A stretch of 32,000 bases of DNA from Desulfoluna spongiiphila (GTDB lineage: Bacteria; Desulfobacterota; Desulfobacteria; Desulfobacterales; Desulfolunaceae): contig NZ_FMUX01000014.1 in NCBI RefSeq assembly GCF_900101345.1, positions 57,233 to 89,232 on the forward strand, in the 5' to 3' direction. The notes below the pieces were generated by a model, which was not told the origin of the DNA, did no database searches, and worked only from the letters and a program-made list of their open reading frames with translations. A program made the position numbers and the translations under genes. Below are positions 1-8,206 of this stretch, one piece after another (positions within the stretch are counted from its first letter, which is position 1; each line of letters begins with the position of its first letter).

Positions 1-91
1 CACCGTGGATTCCCGGTTGGGTGAGGGGACCACGGTCTATCTCTGCCTGCCCCTTGGCGGCGTGAAGCCGGAGCCTGTATCAGAGGCCTGA
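1..91 (+). CDS. 3' end of a sensor histidine kinase (HATPase_c tail), truncated by the window edge
   Basis: Frame 2 reads [29 protein letters not shown] then TGA at 89-91. The G-x-G-T-x-hydrophobic-LP ending is typical of the G2 box and C-terminus of histidine kinases. It overlaps the convergent gene by 12 nt. Confidence 0.4.
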   Translation, partial: TVDSRLGEGTTVYLCLPLGGVKPEPVSEA

Positions 92-385
92 GATGCGGTC
101 CATGAAGGCGGCCATGGCAAAATCTTTTTCTGTGAGACCTTCGGCGTCAAAGGTGGTCAGGGTGACATCCACCCGGCCGTAAACGTTGCTCCACTCCGGG
201 TGGTGATCTTCTTTTTCGGCTTTGATGGCCACACGGGTCATGAACCCGAAGGCGGCGTTGAAGTTTTTGAAAGCGAACTGTTTCTTCAAGGTGTCTCCCT
301 CCAGATACCAGGGCGCCTCGCACGCATCGTTCAACTCCTCCAGACGCATGCTGATCTCTTCTTGGGACAAGCCATTGGACTTCAT
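80..385 (-). CDS. phhB: pterin-4-alpha-carbinolamine dehydratase (PCD/DCoH family)
   Basis: 101 aa with ATG start and GGAGG RBS. It carries the family signature [33 protein letters not shown] (HHPxW...V). Confidence 0.85.
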   Translation of the reverse strand: MKSNGLSQEEISMRLEELNDACEAPWYLEGDTLKKQFAFKNFNAAFGFMTRVAIKAEKEDHHPEWSNVYGRVDVTLTTFDAEGLTEKDFAMAAFMDRISGL

Positions 386-625
386 GGAACCTCCGTTTAT
401 GTAGGGGCCTTTTGTGCCGCCCTTTGTACCGGGCCGGGATGTCGCATCGCCGCGTTTTTAAGGCTGATTTTACGATGATCTCTTCCCGCCCGCTTGTGCT
501 TCCATGAGTAATCAAATGGTGCTGTGGAATCAAGGGTAAATCGCGCGATCACACTCTTTTTTCATCCTGGCCGGCCGGAATGTGAAATCCCGGCCGGTCG
601 GAGGCGGGGGGGATGGACAGGGGGG

Positions 626-1165
626 TCAGAAGGTGTAGAGAAGCTTCATGTTCCAGTCGTGAAAGCTGACCAGGGAGAGATCGTCTATGCCGGCGGTACC
701 GGCGAGTTCCACTTCAAGGGCGAGGGTGTCGTTGAGAGGCCAGTCGATGCCCATGTTCCCACGGGCACAGACATCGGAGCGGGACAGGGTGCCGTGGTCT
801 GCGGTGCCGTCGTCGCTGACATGGATATCAAGATAGCCCAGGCCCGCAGAGAGGTATGCCCGGGCCCGGGTCGTGGTGACGGGGTACCAGCGAAGCATGG
901 CGGCAACCTGCCGGACGTCCACATCGTCATCGGTGAGGGGGTTGGAGATGTCGAAGTCGTCTAAGAAAAGGGTTTCCAGAACCAGGGCCCAGCTGTCGTT
1001 CCACTGGTGCCCTGCCACAAAGCTGGCCCCTGTGGATTTGTCGAATTCGAAGTTTTTTCCTGCAAAGTGGGCACCGACCCCCATGAAGGTTTTGCCGTTT
1101 GCGGCAAAGGCGGGCTGGATGATCAGGGCGAGCAGGCTGGCAAGCACTAGGATGCGTCGTGTCAT
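626..1165 (-). CDS. outer-membrane beta-barrel protein (OmpW/OmpA-like porin family)
   Basis: Internal ATG at 1165 is preceded by AGGAGA. Signal peptide is MTRRILVLASLLALIIQPAFA. Alternating beta-strand pattern and terminal ...LLYTF (C-terminal Phe) typical of OMPs. The ORF-track start at 1210 lacks an RBS. Confidence 0.7.
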   Translation of the reverse strand: MTRRILVLASLLALIIQPAFAANGKTFMGVGAHFAGKNFEFDKSTGASFVAGHQWNDSWALVLETLFLDDFDISNPLTDDDVDVRQVAAMLRWYPVTTTRARAYLSAGLGYLDIHVSDDGTADHGTLSRSDVCARGNMGIDWPLNDTLALEVELAGTAGIDDLSLVSFHDWNMKLLYTF

Positions 1166-1472
1166 GGTGTCTCTCCTTTTCTGGCGTGGCAGTGGGTAAA
1201 CTATGGTCATGTCGTGATGCTCGGTGACAGAAAAGGGAAATTACATAAACTGTGCCGAAATGAGCTTTTTCCGGGGGCAGGGGGCTGCATTCAGGCCCGG
1301 GGCGAGGCATTCGGTTTCGATTTCAGGGGGATGGGGGCAGGTGGAAAAAAGGGCCACCGCCAAGGCGCCCGCCCGGATGGTTGCGGGGGGTACACGAGGG
1401 AGGGAACCCGGGTTTGACAAGGGTGTCCGTCGGTTTTCCAGGGTGTCGGTCCCATGGGGTCGGTGTGTGTCC

Positions 1473-1934
1473 TTAAGGCGTAGAGCTGGGGAAGAGAACG
1501 GTGAAGCGGTGGTGCCGGTGGGCGAAGATCCGTTCCAGGGTCCTTCGGACCACCAGGGCGTGGACCAGCTCGCCCAAGGGGCCGAAGGGGAGGCGGTAGC
1601 GGACGGTGTCGGTCATGAGGACACCCCCGGGCACCTCCCGGAGTTCGTGGTGATGGTACCAGAACCGGTAGGGGCCGAGGCGCTGTTCGTCCACAAAGCG
1701 GTACGGGGCCTTGATGTGCTTGATCTCGGTGACCCACCGCCTGCGCCCGAGGACAGGCAGGCCGATGCGGTACTCAATGATCAGGCCGTTTTCCATGGCC
1801 TCGGGAACCTCCGAGACGATCTCGAACCGCAGCCAGGGCGGGGTGATGGTGTCGAGGTTGGCCGGGGCCTGGATAAACGCCCACGCCTTTTCAAGGCTGG
1901 TGGGAAGGAGCTGGCTCTGTTTCAAGGTGTGCAT
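1473..1934 (-). CDS. SRPBCC (START/cyclase-dehydrase-like) family protein
   Basis: 153 aa with ATG start. The N-terminal pattern ...LPTSLEKAWAFIQAPANLDTITPPWLRFEI... and RFWYHHHEL are typical of SRPBCC ligand-binding proteins. Confidence 0.65.
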   Translation of the reverse strand: MHTLKQSQLLPTSLEKAWAFIQAPANLDTITPPWLRFEIVSEVPEAMENGLIIEYRIGLPVLGRRRWVTEIKHIKAPYRFVDEQRLGPYRFWYHHHELREVPGGVLMTDTVRYRLPFGPLGELVHALVVRRTLERIFAHRHHRFTVLFPSSTP

Positions 1935-2051
1935 GACCGTCCTGCCTTGGCTGACAGATGATGCGGTTCCGTTACGGTCTCCGTTGTCCGGGCCACGCCC
2001 GGCGCGGGTTTGGGCCGGCCCGAAAAACGAGATAGGGGCGTTTCGTCGAAC

Positions 2052-2357
2052 CTACTTCTCTTCGATGCGCCAGCCGGGACCGCAGATGATTTTTTTGCCG
2101 TCTTCGTCAAGAAAGGAGAAGCCCCCGCCGCCCCCGCCTTCGGTGGGGAAGGGGAAGATCTTGATGCGGCCGGACCAGGTTTTTTTCGATCCGTCGTAAA
2201 GGGTGTGGGTGATGACCCGGTCCAGGCCCACGGCGTCGGCCCGGAGGTCCTTGACGCCTTTTTTGATATCCTCACTGGGGATAAAGAAGGTCCAGGAGAT
2301 CCATCCGGCGATGATGAGTACCACGGCGGCTCCGAATCCGAATTTCCATTTGTTCAT
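2052..2357 (-). CDS. small membrane-anchored hypothetical protein
   Basis: 101 aa with ATG start. One N-terminal TM helix (FGFGAAVVLIIAGWISWTFFI), a soluble domain and a G6 tract. No recognisable family. Confidence 0.5.
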   Translation of the reverse strand: MNKWKFGFGAAVVLIIAGWISWTFFIPSEDIKKGVKDLRADAVGLDRVITHTLYDGSKKTWSGRIKIFPFPTEGGGGGGFSFLDEDGKKIICGPGWRIEEK

Positions 2358-2677
2358 CGTTTAAAGGTCCCTTTCGGTCAGTCGTGTGTAGGGTGGCTCA
2401 GGAAAAAGGCCCCTTTTCTTAACGGCGGGGGCCTCAGCAAGAATAAATTTTTTCACAGTATACGAGTGATTTGGCGGGACCGCAAGCGCAGGCGGTGAAA
2501 TGGGGCTCCGGGGGGTGAAAAAGGGGCTTGATCCGTGAAGAGGCGTTTGGGTATAGTCATTTGATTCAGAACATGGCGGTTGTCAGACGGAGCGGGGAGA
2601 GTCCCTGTGCCCTGGCACCTGCCGGCATCATTACCAACCGCCTGCCCAGCCAGGCTGTGTATCAAGGGAGCACCGAG

Positions 2678-3025
2678 ATGGAAATCAAACGCTTTGAAAC
2701 CAAGGCTCGCATGAGCCGCGCCGTGGTTTACAACAACACCGTATACCTCTGCGGCCAGGTGGGCAAGGACGCCTCAAAGGGCATCACCGAGCAGACCGCC
2801 ACCACCCTCGAAAAGATCGAAGAGCTCCTTGAGAGCGTGGGGTCCAACAAGGACAAGATCCTTTCCGCCACCATCTACATCAAGGACATGGCGTATTTCG
2901 CGGACATGAACGCTGTATGGGACGCCTGGGTCACCCCTGGCATGGCCCCTGCCCGTGCCTGCGTCCAGGCTGCCATGGCACGTGAAGAGCTCCTGGTGGA
3001 GATCTCCATCGTCGCCGCCGTGTAG
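2678..3025 (+). CDS. RidA/YjgF/TdcF family reactive-intermediate deaminase
   Basis: ATG at 2678 with AAGGGAG RBS at 2664-2670. 115 aa: MEIKRFETK...VYLCGQVG...[24 protein letters not shown], typical of the RidA fold. The upstream ORF-track extension from 2528 has no RBS. Confidence 0.85.
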   Translation: MEIKRFETKARMSRAVVYNNTVYLCGQVGKDASKGITEQTATTLEKIEELLESVGSNKDKILSATIYIKDMAYFADMNAVWDAWVTPGMAPARACVQAAMAREELLVEISIVAAV

Positions 3026-3045
3026 ATACCCCCTGACAAAAGATC

Positions 3046-3084
3046 CGGCCGCAGGGTGCGTGATGCCTGGGGCCGTTTTTTTTT
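3046..3084 (+). terminator. intrinsic terminator downstream of the RidA-family gene
   Basis: Stem CGGCCGCAGG (3046-3055) pairs with CCTGGGGCCG (3066-3075), 10 bp with 1 mismatch, followed by T9 (3076-3084). Confidence 0.75.
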
Positions 3085-3361
3085 GCCTTCTTTGCCTTAT
3101 CGTTCCCTCCCTCTTATCCTCCTTCCAACACGGAACGCACAACGCCTGCCCCGGTCTTTTTCGTGGGCATTTCTCTCGTATTGGTGAAATAATAAAAAAA
3201 AGAGCCGGCTCGGGTTCAGAAATGGCGGAAAAAAGCCGATGACTTGAACGGTTTGGTACTTTTTTAGGCCGGTCGCGACCCTTGCCCCAAGGGCGGACAT
3301 CATGCGGCTTTCTGGTGGGAAATACCGGTGCGGAGTGATCCGGGCCGGGTCTGGGGGGGCA

Positions 3362-4375
3362 ATGCACCTTTTAGGGAATGGGAAGGCCAGGCATGGTCAG
3401 TCGTTGCTTCTGGGAGCGCTGTGCGTTCTCTTGGGGCCGATCTGCGCCCGGGCTCTGGAATCGGTGTCCCTTCAGCTGAAGTGGACCCATCACGTTCAAT
3501 TTGCCGGGTACTATGCAGCCCTTGAAAAGGGGTTTTACGAAGAGGAGGGGCTGGCCGTCACCCTTCTGGAGGGAGGTCCCCCGGAGCAGGGTTCTTCTCC
3601 GGGGACCCCTGCCTTTCAGTACGGCATTGGTTTTTACGGCGACACCCTGGTTACCACCGGGACGGAAGTTCGCAGGCACCCCGATCGGGTGCGCCGTTTT
3701 GCCCGGGCGTCCGTGAAAGGGTGGCGCTACGCTTTTGATCACCCCGGTGAGGTCATGGACCTGTGCCTTGAACGCCATGCCCATGGCCCGGTCAACCTTT
3801 CCCGCGAGGAACTCACCCGTGAGCTGGAGGAGATGAAACGGCTTCTCCAGCCCGGACAGATGGATCCATTGCCTGATTCTCTGGTGCGTATCGGGCTGAC
3901 GGAGGCGGGGTACGAGGTGACCGGCCCCTTTGACGAGGAGACGGCTCCTCTTCCCTTTGACTGGACCCATTGGGGGGTGAGAACAGGGGGACTTGCCCTG
4001 ATCCTGGCCGTCTCCGGCGGGATCTGCCTCTGCTTTTACAATCGCAGGATGCGGGCAGAAATCTGTCGGCGCATCCAGAGCGAGGAGGAGCGCGAACAGC
4101 TTATCACCGAACTGACCCAGGCCCTGGAAGAGGTCCGGGAACTCAACGGCCTGCTCCCCATCTGCTCCAGCTGCTTCAAGGTCCGCAACGACAAGGGATA
4201 CTGGGAGAAACTGGAGAGCTACATCGAATCCCACACCAAAGCCCGATTCAGCCACGGCATCTGCACCGAGTGCATGAAGGAGCGGTATCCCTACCTGTTT
4301 GACGAAGAGGAGGGGGCCGACGGGGACGCCGATGCCCTGTACAACGAGGAGTCCGGGACCCTGCCCTCGTCGTGA
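3362..4375 (+). CDS. membrane sensor: NMT1/THI5-like periplasmic binding domain (shortened), one TM helix, coiled coil, C-terminal Cys/His-rich module
   Basis: Signal-like N-terminus from ATG 3362 (MHLLGNGKARHGQSLLLGALCVLLGPICARA); an alternative ATG is at 3302. SLQLKWTHHVQFAGYYAALEKGFYEEEGL is the NMT1-type SBP start. TM is GLALILAVSGGICLCFY. C-terminal LPICSSCFKVRNDKGYWEKLESYIESHTKARFSHGICTECMKERYP. Confidence 0.7.
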   Translation: MHLLGNGKARHGQSLLLGALCVLLGPICARALESVSLQLKWTHHVQFAGYYAALEKGFYEEEGLAVTLLEGGPPEQGSSPGTPAFQYGIGFYGDTLVTTGTEVRRHPDRVRRFARASVKGWRYAFDHPGEVMDLCLERHAHGPVNLSREELTRELEEMKRLLQPGQMDPLPDSLVRIGLTEAGYEVTGPFDEETAPLPFDWTHWGVRTGGLALILAVSGGICLCFYNRRMRAEICRRIQSEEEREQLITELTQALEEVRELNGLLPICSSCFKVRNDKGYWEKLESYIESHTKARFSHGICTECMKERYPYLFDEEEGADGDADALYNEESGTLPSS

Positions 4376-4396
4376 TGACGGTCATGCGGACATGCT

Positions 4397-6136
4397 TTAC
4401 CGTGCCGGAATGTCGACAACAAAGGAGGCTCCCCCGAGCTCTCCCTGGTCGATGCGGATGGTGCCGTTGTGATCCATGACGATGCGCTGGCTCAGGCTGA
4501 GCCCGATGCCGGTGCCGTCGCTTTTGGTGGTGTAAAAGGGTTCGAAAATACGCTCACGGATTCTCTGGGGTACTCCGGGACCGGAGTCCGAGACGCTGAT
4601 CAATACCCTTGCCGACTCCACGGCGGTTTTTACCTGGATGATCCGGGACCCGGGCAGGTCCTCCATGGCTTCGGCGGCATTGTGGATCAGGTTCAACAGC
4701 ACCCGCAGGAGAAGGTTGCCGTCCGCATAGCAGGGCAGTGGCGCGTCGCTGAGGGCTGTCTCCATGCGGACCCCGCTTTTGCGCAGGGAGGCCGCCGTGA
4801 GCCCCAGGGCATTTTTGACGGGCTCGTTGGCATCCATGACCCTGAACTGGGGCATGCCGGGCTTGAGAAAGTCCATGGCCCGCCTGATGACCGTTTCAAT
4901 GTCGCAGGACGCCTCCTTGAGCTGACGGATGCATTCCCGGGCCTTTGTCTCCTGCTCCGGGTCCCCGGCGATTTTGTCCAGGACGCTCAGGTAGAGGTTG
5001 ATGCCGGACAATGGGTTGCGGACCTCATGGGCAATGCCTGCGGTGACGCGTCCCAGGGAGGCCATCTTGTCCTGGATACCCACCATGTGCTCCAGCTCTT
5101 TGGCGCGGGTGACGTCGATCATGTTCAGCAAAACGGACTCCCGGTCCTGGTAGACGATGCGGGCCGCCCGGCAGTGGACCCATCGCGTCCTGGGGGCCTT
5201 GTTCTTTTCTGTGTCCGGGAAGAAGCAGAAGTCCGATTCGTTGCAGGACACCTCGCCATTTTTAACCACCTCTATAAATCGATGGATTTTGTCCATGTCG
5301 TCGCTGTGGGGGGTGACATAACCGAAGAAGTCTGCCTTTTCGGGCAAAGGCCCGAAGAGCCGCTCCTGCTCAGGGTTCTGGTAGACCACCTGGTTGTCCT
5401 GGATGATGGAGATACCCACCGGGGAGTTGATAACCAGGTCATGGAACTGCTTCCTGCTGGCGATGAGGGCTTTTTCCGCTTGTTTAAACTCCGTGATGTC
5501 GGTGATAAAACCATCCACGGAGAGGAATTCACCCTGGGGCCCGTAGAGGCCCACACCCTGTTCCCAGACCCATTTCTTTTTCCCCGAGGCCGTTGTGATG
5601 CGGTAGACCAGACGGTACGGTTGTTTTTCCGCCAGGGCCTTTCGGATGGTCTCCCGGTTGGGCCCGATGTCGTCGGGGTGAACCACCTTGGTGGCGTAAA
5701 AGAGCTCCATGCCCGGCGCGCATAAACTTGGGTACCCGGTGAGTTCCTGGCAGCCCTGGCTTGTGTAGCCCATGGGCCAGTCGTCGTCATCGACCCGGTG
5801 GCTGAACGCCATGCCGGGAAGGTTGCTCACGAGGGTGGCCAGGCGGTGGCGGCTTGTCCGCAGCTCTTCTTCAACGGACCGTCGCTGGGCCAGCTCCAGG
5901 GTGAGCTCACGGTTTTTGGATTTGAGCCTTTTGCGCAGGATGAGGTTCCATGCCACGATGAGCCCGCACGCGGCGACTGCAAGGGGAAGGACCGGGGAAA
6001 AAAGGCCTGTCGGTGAGTGAGGGACGTCTTGGGCGGCAAGGGCTGCTCTGGGCAGGCAGGTGGCTGTAAGAATACTCCCTGACGCTGTGCAGAGGATTGC
6101 ACACATTCTTTTAATTGCTTTGAAAAATGGGCGCAT
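4397..6136 (-). CDS. membrane PAS-PAS sensor histidine kinase
   Basis: 579 aa with two N-terminal TM segments, a coiled coil and two PAS-like regions. H-box is AGIAHEVRNPLSGI, N-box NLIHNAAEAM, G-boxes DSGPGV and GTGIGLS. No adjacent response regulator. Confidence 0.9.
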   Translation of the reverse strand: MRPFFKAIKRMCAILCTASGSILTATCLPRAALAAQDVPHSPTGLFSPVLPLAVAACGLIVAWNLILRKRLKSKNRELTLELAQRRSVEEELRTSRHRLATLVSNLPGMAFSHRVDDDDWPMGYTSQGCQELTGYPSLCAPGMELFYATKVVHPDDIGPNRETIRKALAEKQPYRLVYRITTASGKKKWVWEQGVGLYGPQGEFLSVDGFITDITEFKQAEKALIASRKQFHDLVINSPVGISIIQDNQVVYQNPEQERLFGPLPEKADFFGYVTPHSDDMDKIHRFIEVVKNGEVSCNESDFCFFPDTEKNKAPRTRWVHCRAARIVYQDRESVLLNMIDVTRAKELEHMVGIQDKMASLGRVTAGIAHEVRNPLSGINLYLSVLDKIAGDPEQETKARECIRQLKEASCDIETVIRRAMDFLKPGMPQFRVMDANEPVKNALGLTAASLRKSGVRMETALSDAPLPCYADGNLLLRVLLNLIHNAAEAMEDLPGSRIIQVKTAVESARVLISVSDSGPGVPQRIRERIFEPFYTTKSDGTGIGLSLSQRIVMDHNGTIRIDQGELGGASFVVDIPAR

Positions 6137-6383
6137 GAATTCTGTGTGTCCTAATGGTTATGATTTAAAGCATGGGATTATGATGGCATATTTTTTCCTT
6201 AAATTGAATATCAATAATAATTTATTTTATAAAATTTAACATTAAATAGGGGCTCTTTGGCCCTGGGCCGTCTTTACCGACCAAGGGGCTCAGGCCGTGC
6301 ACTTTTTCTTTGACTCTCCCCCAGGGGCGGGCTTCAGGGTGTCGGTAATGTGAACGCGGAAAGGCAGAAAGAGAAGGCGGAGT

Positions 6384-7184
6384 ATGTACAACATCGGCAC
6401 ATTTTCACGGATCACGGGGCTCACGGTGAAGGCCCTCAGGCTCTATCACGAACGGGGGATCCTTGAGCCCCGCTTCGTGGATGAGAAGAGCGGCTACCGG
6501 TATTACAACCGGGAGGATGCCTCCAGGGCCCGCGTGGTGGTTGCCCTGAAGGCCATGGATTGCTCTTTGGCTGAGATTCGGCACGTCATGGAACATTGCG
6601 CCGACGAGTCCGATCTGGTGGGCTTTCTTACGACCAAACGGGAGGCCCTCCAGGCTGAGATTGCGAGGCTCCGGGACATCTCTTCTGTCATCGACCGCAT
6701 TATCAACCGAGAAAAAGAGGTGACAAAGATGAAAGAGGACGGCTTTGAGGTAGAGGTGAAACGCGTGGAACCCCAACTGGTGATATCCCACCGCTGGACC
6801 GGGGCCTGGATGGAGATCGGCGAGGTGGTGCTCAAGCTGCGTGGGGCCGCAGAAAAGGAGATTTCAGGCAGTGTGGTGAATCTCTGCTTTAACGACGAGT
6901 ACAAAGAGCTGGATGCCGACATCGAGGTGTGCATGCCCCTGTCACGGGCCGTTGAAAGTCCCTGGACCTGCCGCACCCTCGAAGGGGGCGAGTTCGCCAC
7001 CCTGCTGCACCGGGGTCCCTTTGAGACCCTGGGAGAGAGCTACCTCCGGGTCTTCGACTGGATCGAGGCCTCGGGTCGAAAGGCAACCCTGCCCACCCGC
7101 CAGGTGGTCCACAAGGGCCCCGGCCCCCTGCTGGAAGGCGACCCGAACAACTACCTGACGGAGGTTCAGGTGCCCCTGATCTGA
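6384..7184 (+). CDS. MerR-family transcriptional regulator with GyrI-like (AraC effector-binding) C-terminal domain
   Basis: N-terminal MYNIGTFSRITGLTVKALRLYHERGILEP...GYRYY is the MerR HTH. The C-terminal 150 aa, ending ...NYLTEVQVPLI, matches the GyrI-like small-molecule-binding fold (BmrR/TipA-type architecture). Confidence 0.85.
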   Translation: MYNIGTFSRITGLTVKALRLYHERGILEPRFVDEKSGYRYYNREDASRARVVVALKAMDCSLAEIRHVMEHCADESDLVGFLTTKREALQAEIARLRDISSVIDRIINREKEVTKMKEDGFEVEVKRVEPQLVISHRWTGAWMEIGEVVLKLRGAAEKEISGSVVNLCFNDEYKELDADIEVCMPLSRAVESPWTCRTLEGGEFATLLHRGPFETLGESYLRVFDWIEASGRKATLPTRQVVHKGPGPLLEGDPNNYLTEVQVPLI

Positions 7185-7221
7185 TGCCGGGCCGCAATGG
7201 CTGGTGTAAAAAAAGACCGAC

Positions 7222-7375
7222 AAAAAGCGCTGCCTCCGGTGGGCAGGGGCTTTTATCTTAGTGTGGCTTCGCCACCCCCTGCACCCCGGGTTCGCGAATG
7301 CTCCGAGTCCTCGTTCCTCGGTCTCGTCACATTTGCTGACGGTCTTCATGATTTTGAGACCTGTTTGTCAAACCC
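7222..7375 (-). repeat. modular intergenic repeat, degenerate copy in reverse orientation (head-to-head with the next copy)
   Basis: AAAAAGCGCTGCCTCCGG start. Terminal GC hairpin 7232-7250 followed by TTTT. Reverse-complement hairpin A is GCGAATGC...CCTCGTTCCTCGG...CACATTTGC (7294-7336). Ends with CCTGTTTGTCAAAC (7360-7373). Confidence 0.8.
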
Positions 7376-7387
7376 AGCGCATAGAAA

Positions 7388-7537
7388 TTGACAAAAGGTT
7401 GGCAAACAGGTTTTAAAAAACAGATTCAGTATAGCCTGGATCAAAGGCGGATGTGATTTTTCCCGAGGAACGAGGGGAAAAACGCATTCGTAACCTGCTT
7501 TCAATGTGGCACACCTTGCCGCCGGAGGCAGCTTTTT
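7388..7537 (+). repeat. modular intergenic repeat, forward copy (L remnant plus complete R module)
   Basis: TTGACAAAAGGTTGGCAAACAGGTTTTAAAAAACAG, then GGCGGATGTGATTTTTCCCGAGGAACGAGGGGAAAAACGCATTCGTAACCTGCTTTCAATGTGGCACACCTTGCCGCCGGAGGC (12-mer at 7518-7529), then AGCTTTTT. Confidence 0.9.
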
Positions 7538-7580
7538 AGGCGCTGAATGGTTACGAAAATATTGATTTTTGGGTGCTCTT

Positions 7581-7597
7581 AAGCTAGTATGCTAACA
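7581..7597 (+). promoter_or_regulatory. 17-bp box AAGCTAGTATGCTAACA (copy 1), putative promoter -10 plus MarR operator upstream of marR
   Basis: Identical 17-mer recurs at 8174-8190. It contains TAGTAT (7585-7590) placed 17 nt after TTGATT (7562-7567), and lies 53 nt upstream of the marR ATG. Confidence 0.55.
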
Positions 7598-7649
7598 AAA
7601 AACAACCCGGCGGTTCTGCCCCGTCTCATTTTACCCCAAGGAAGATACC

Positions 7650-8087
7650 ATGAAAGGGATCGATCCCAATGAAAGCCTCGGTTTCCAATGCAACCTTACG
7701 GTGAAATTCTTTGTGGGATCCCTTGAAGAGAGGTTGAAAGGAACCGGGGTGTCGCCATCTCAGCACCGGGCCCTGGCCCACCTGATCGCTTTGGGCCCCC
7801 TGCCTCTCACCGACCTGGTGAAACGGCTGGGCATCGCCACGCCCACCGGCGTGCGCCTGGTGGACCGCATGGAGCGAGACGGATGGGTGACCCGGGAGCC
7901 GGATCCTGAAGACAGCCGACGGAAAATGCTTGTCCCCACGGAAAAGGCCCATGAGGTCTGGGAAACCATTTCGGTTGTCTCTAAGGAGATGCTGACTCAG
8001 GCATATCGAGGGATTCCCCCCGAAGAGATCGAAAAGGCCATTGAGGTGCTGGAGAGGGTTCGGGAAAACCTGGCAGATTTTTCTTGA
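7650..8087 (+). CDS. MarR-family transcriptional regulator
   Basis: 145 aa with AAGGAAG RBS. Winged-helix region is LSPSQHRALAHLIALGPLPLTDLVKRLGIATPTGVRLVDRMERDGWVTREPDPEDSRRKML. Confidence 0.9.
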   Translation: MKGIDPNESLGFQCNLTVKFFVGSLEERLKGTGVSPSQHRALAHLIALGPLPLTDLVKRLGIATPTGVRLVDRMERDGWVTREPDPEDSRRKMLVPTEKAHEVWETISVVSKEMLTQAYRGIPPEEIEKAIEVLERVRENLADFS

Positions 8088-8107
8088 AACCACAGTGGTT
8101 ATAGTTG

Positions 8108-8166
8108 GCGCGGCAGTAACCAGCTTGCAAGGTGGTTCACCTTGCGCTCAATAGTCACCTTTTTTT
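8108..8166 (+). repeat. partial R-module (3' half) of the intergenic repeat family, terminator-like
   Basis: GGCGCGGCAGTAACCAGCTTGCAAGGTGGTTCACCTTGCG aligns with GCGCAGCGGTAACCAGCTTTCAAGGTGGCTCACCTTGCC at 15296-15334. Hairpin is GCAAGGTG (8127-8134) with CACCTTGC (8138-8145); T7 at 8160-8166. Confidence 0.7.
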
Positions 8167-8173
8167 ATTTAAA

Positions 8174-8190
8174 AAGCTAGTATGCTAACA
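8174..8190 (+). promoter_or_regulatory. 17-bp box AAGCTAGTATGCTAACA (copy 2) upstream of the split-permease operon
   Basis: Exact repeat of 7581-7597. It ends 16 nt before the permease ATG (8207) and includes the same TAGTAT hexamer. Confidence 0.55.
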
Positions 8191-8206
8191 TTACAGGAAG
8201 GGGTAT

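Noticed and set aside
6184-6200. TGGCATATTTTTTCC in the AT-rich island considered as a sigma-54 promoter for the MerR-family gene.
   Set aside because: The -12 element is TTCC rather than TTGC, it lies about 200 bp from the start codon, and no enhancer-binding protein gene is nearby.
7506-7521. TGGCAC-N3-TTGC inside hairpin B of every R module resembles a sigma-54 -24/-12 promoter.
   Set aside because: The spacing between the GG and GC elements is 2 nt shorter than the invariant sigma-54 spacing (TGGCACG-N4-TTGC). The bases are explained by the CAAGGTG/CACCTTG stem.
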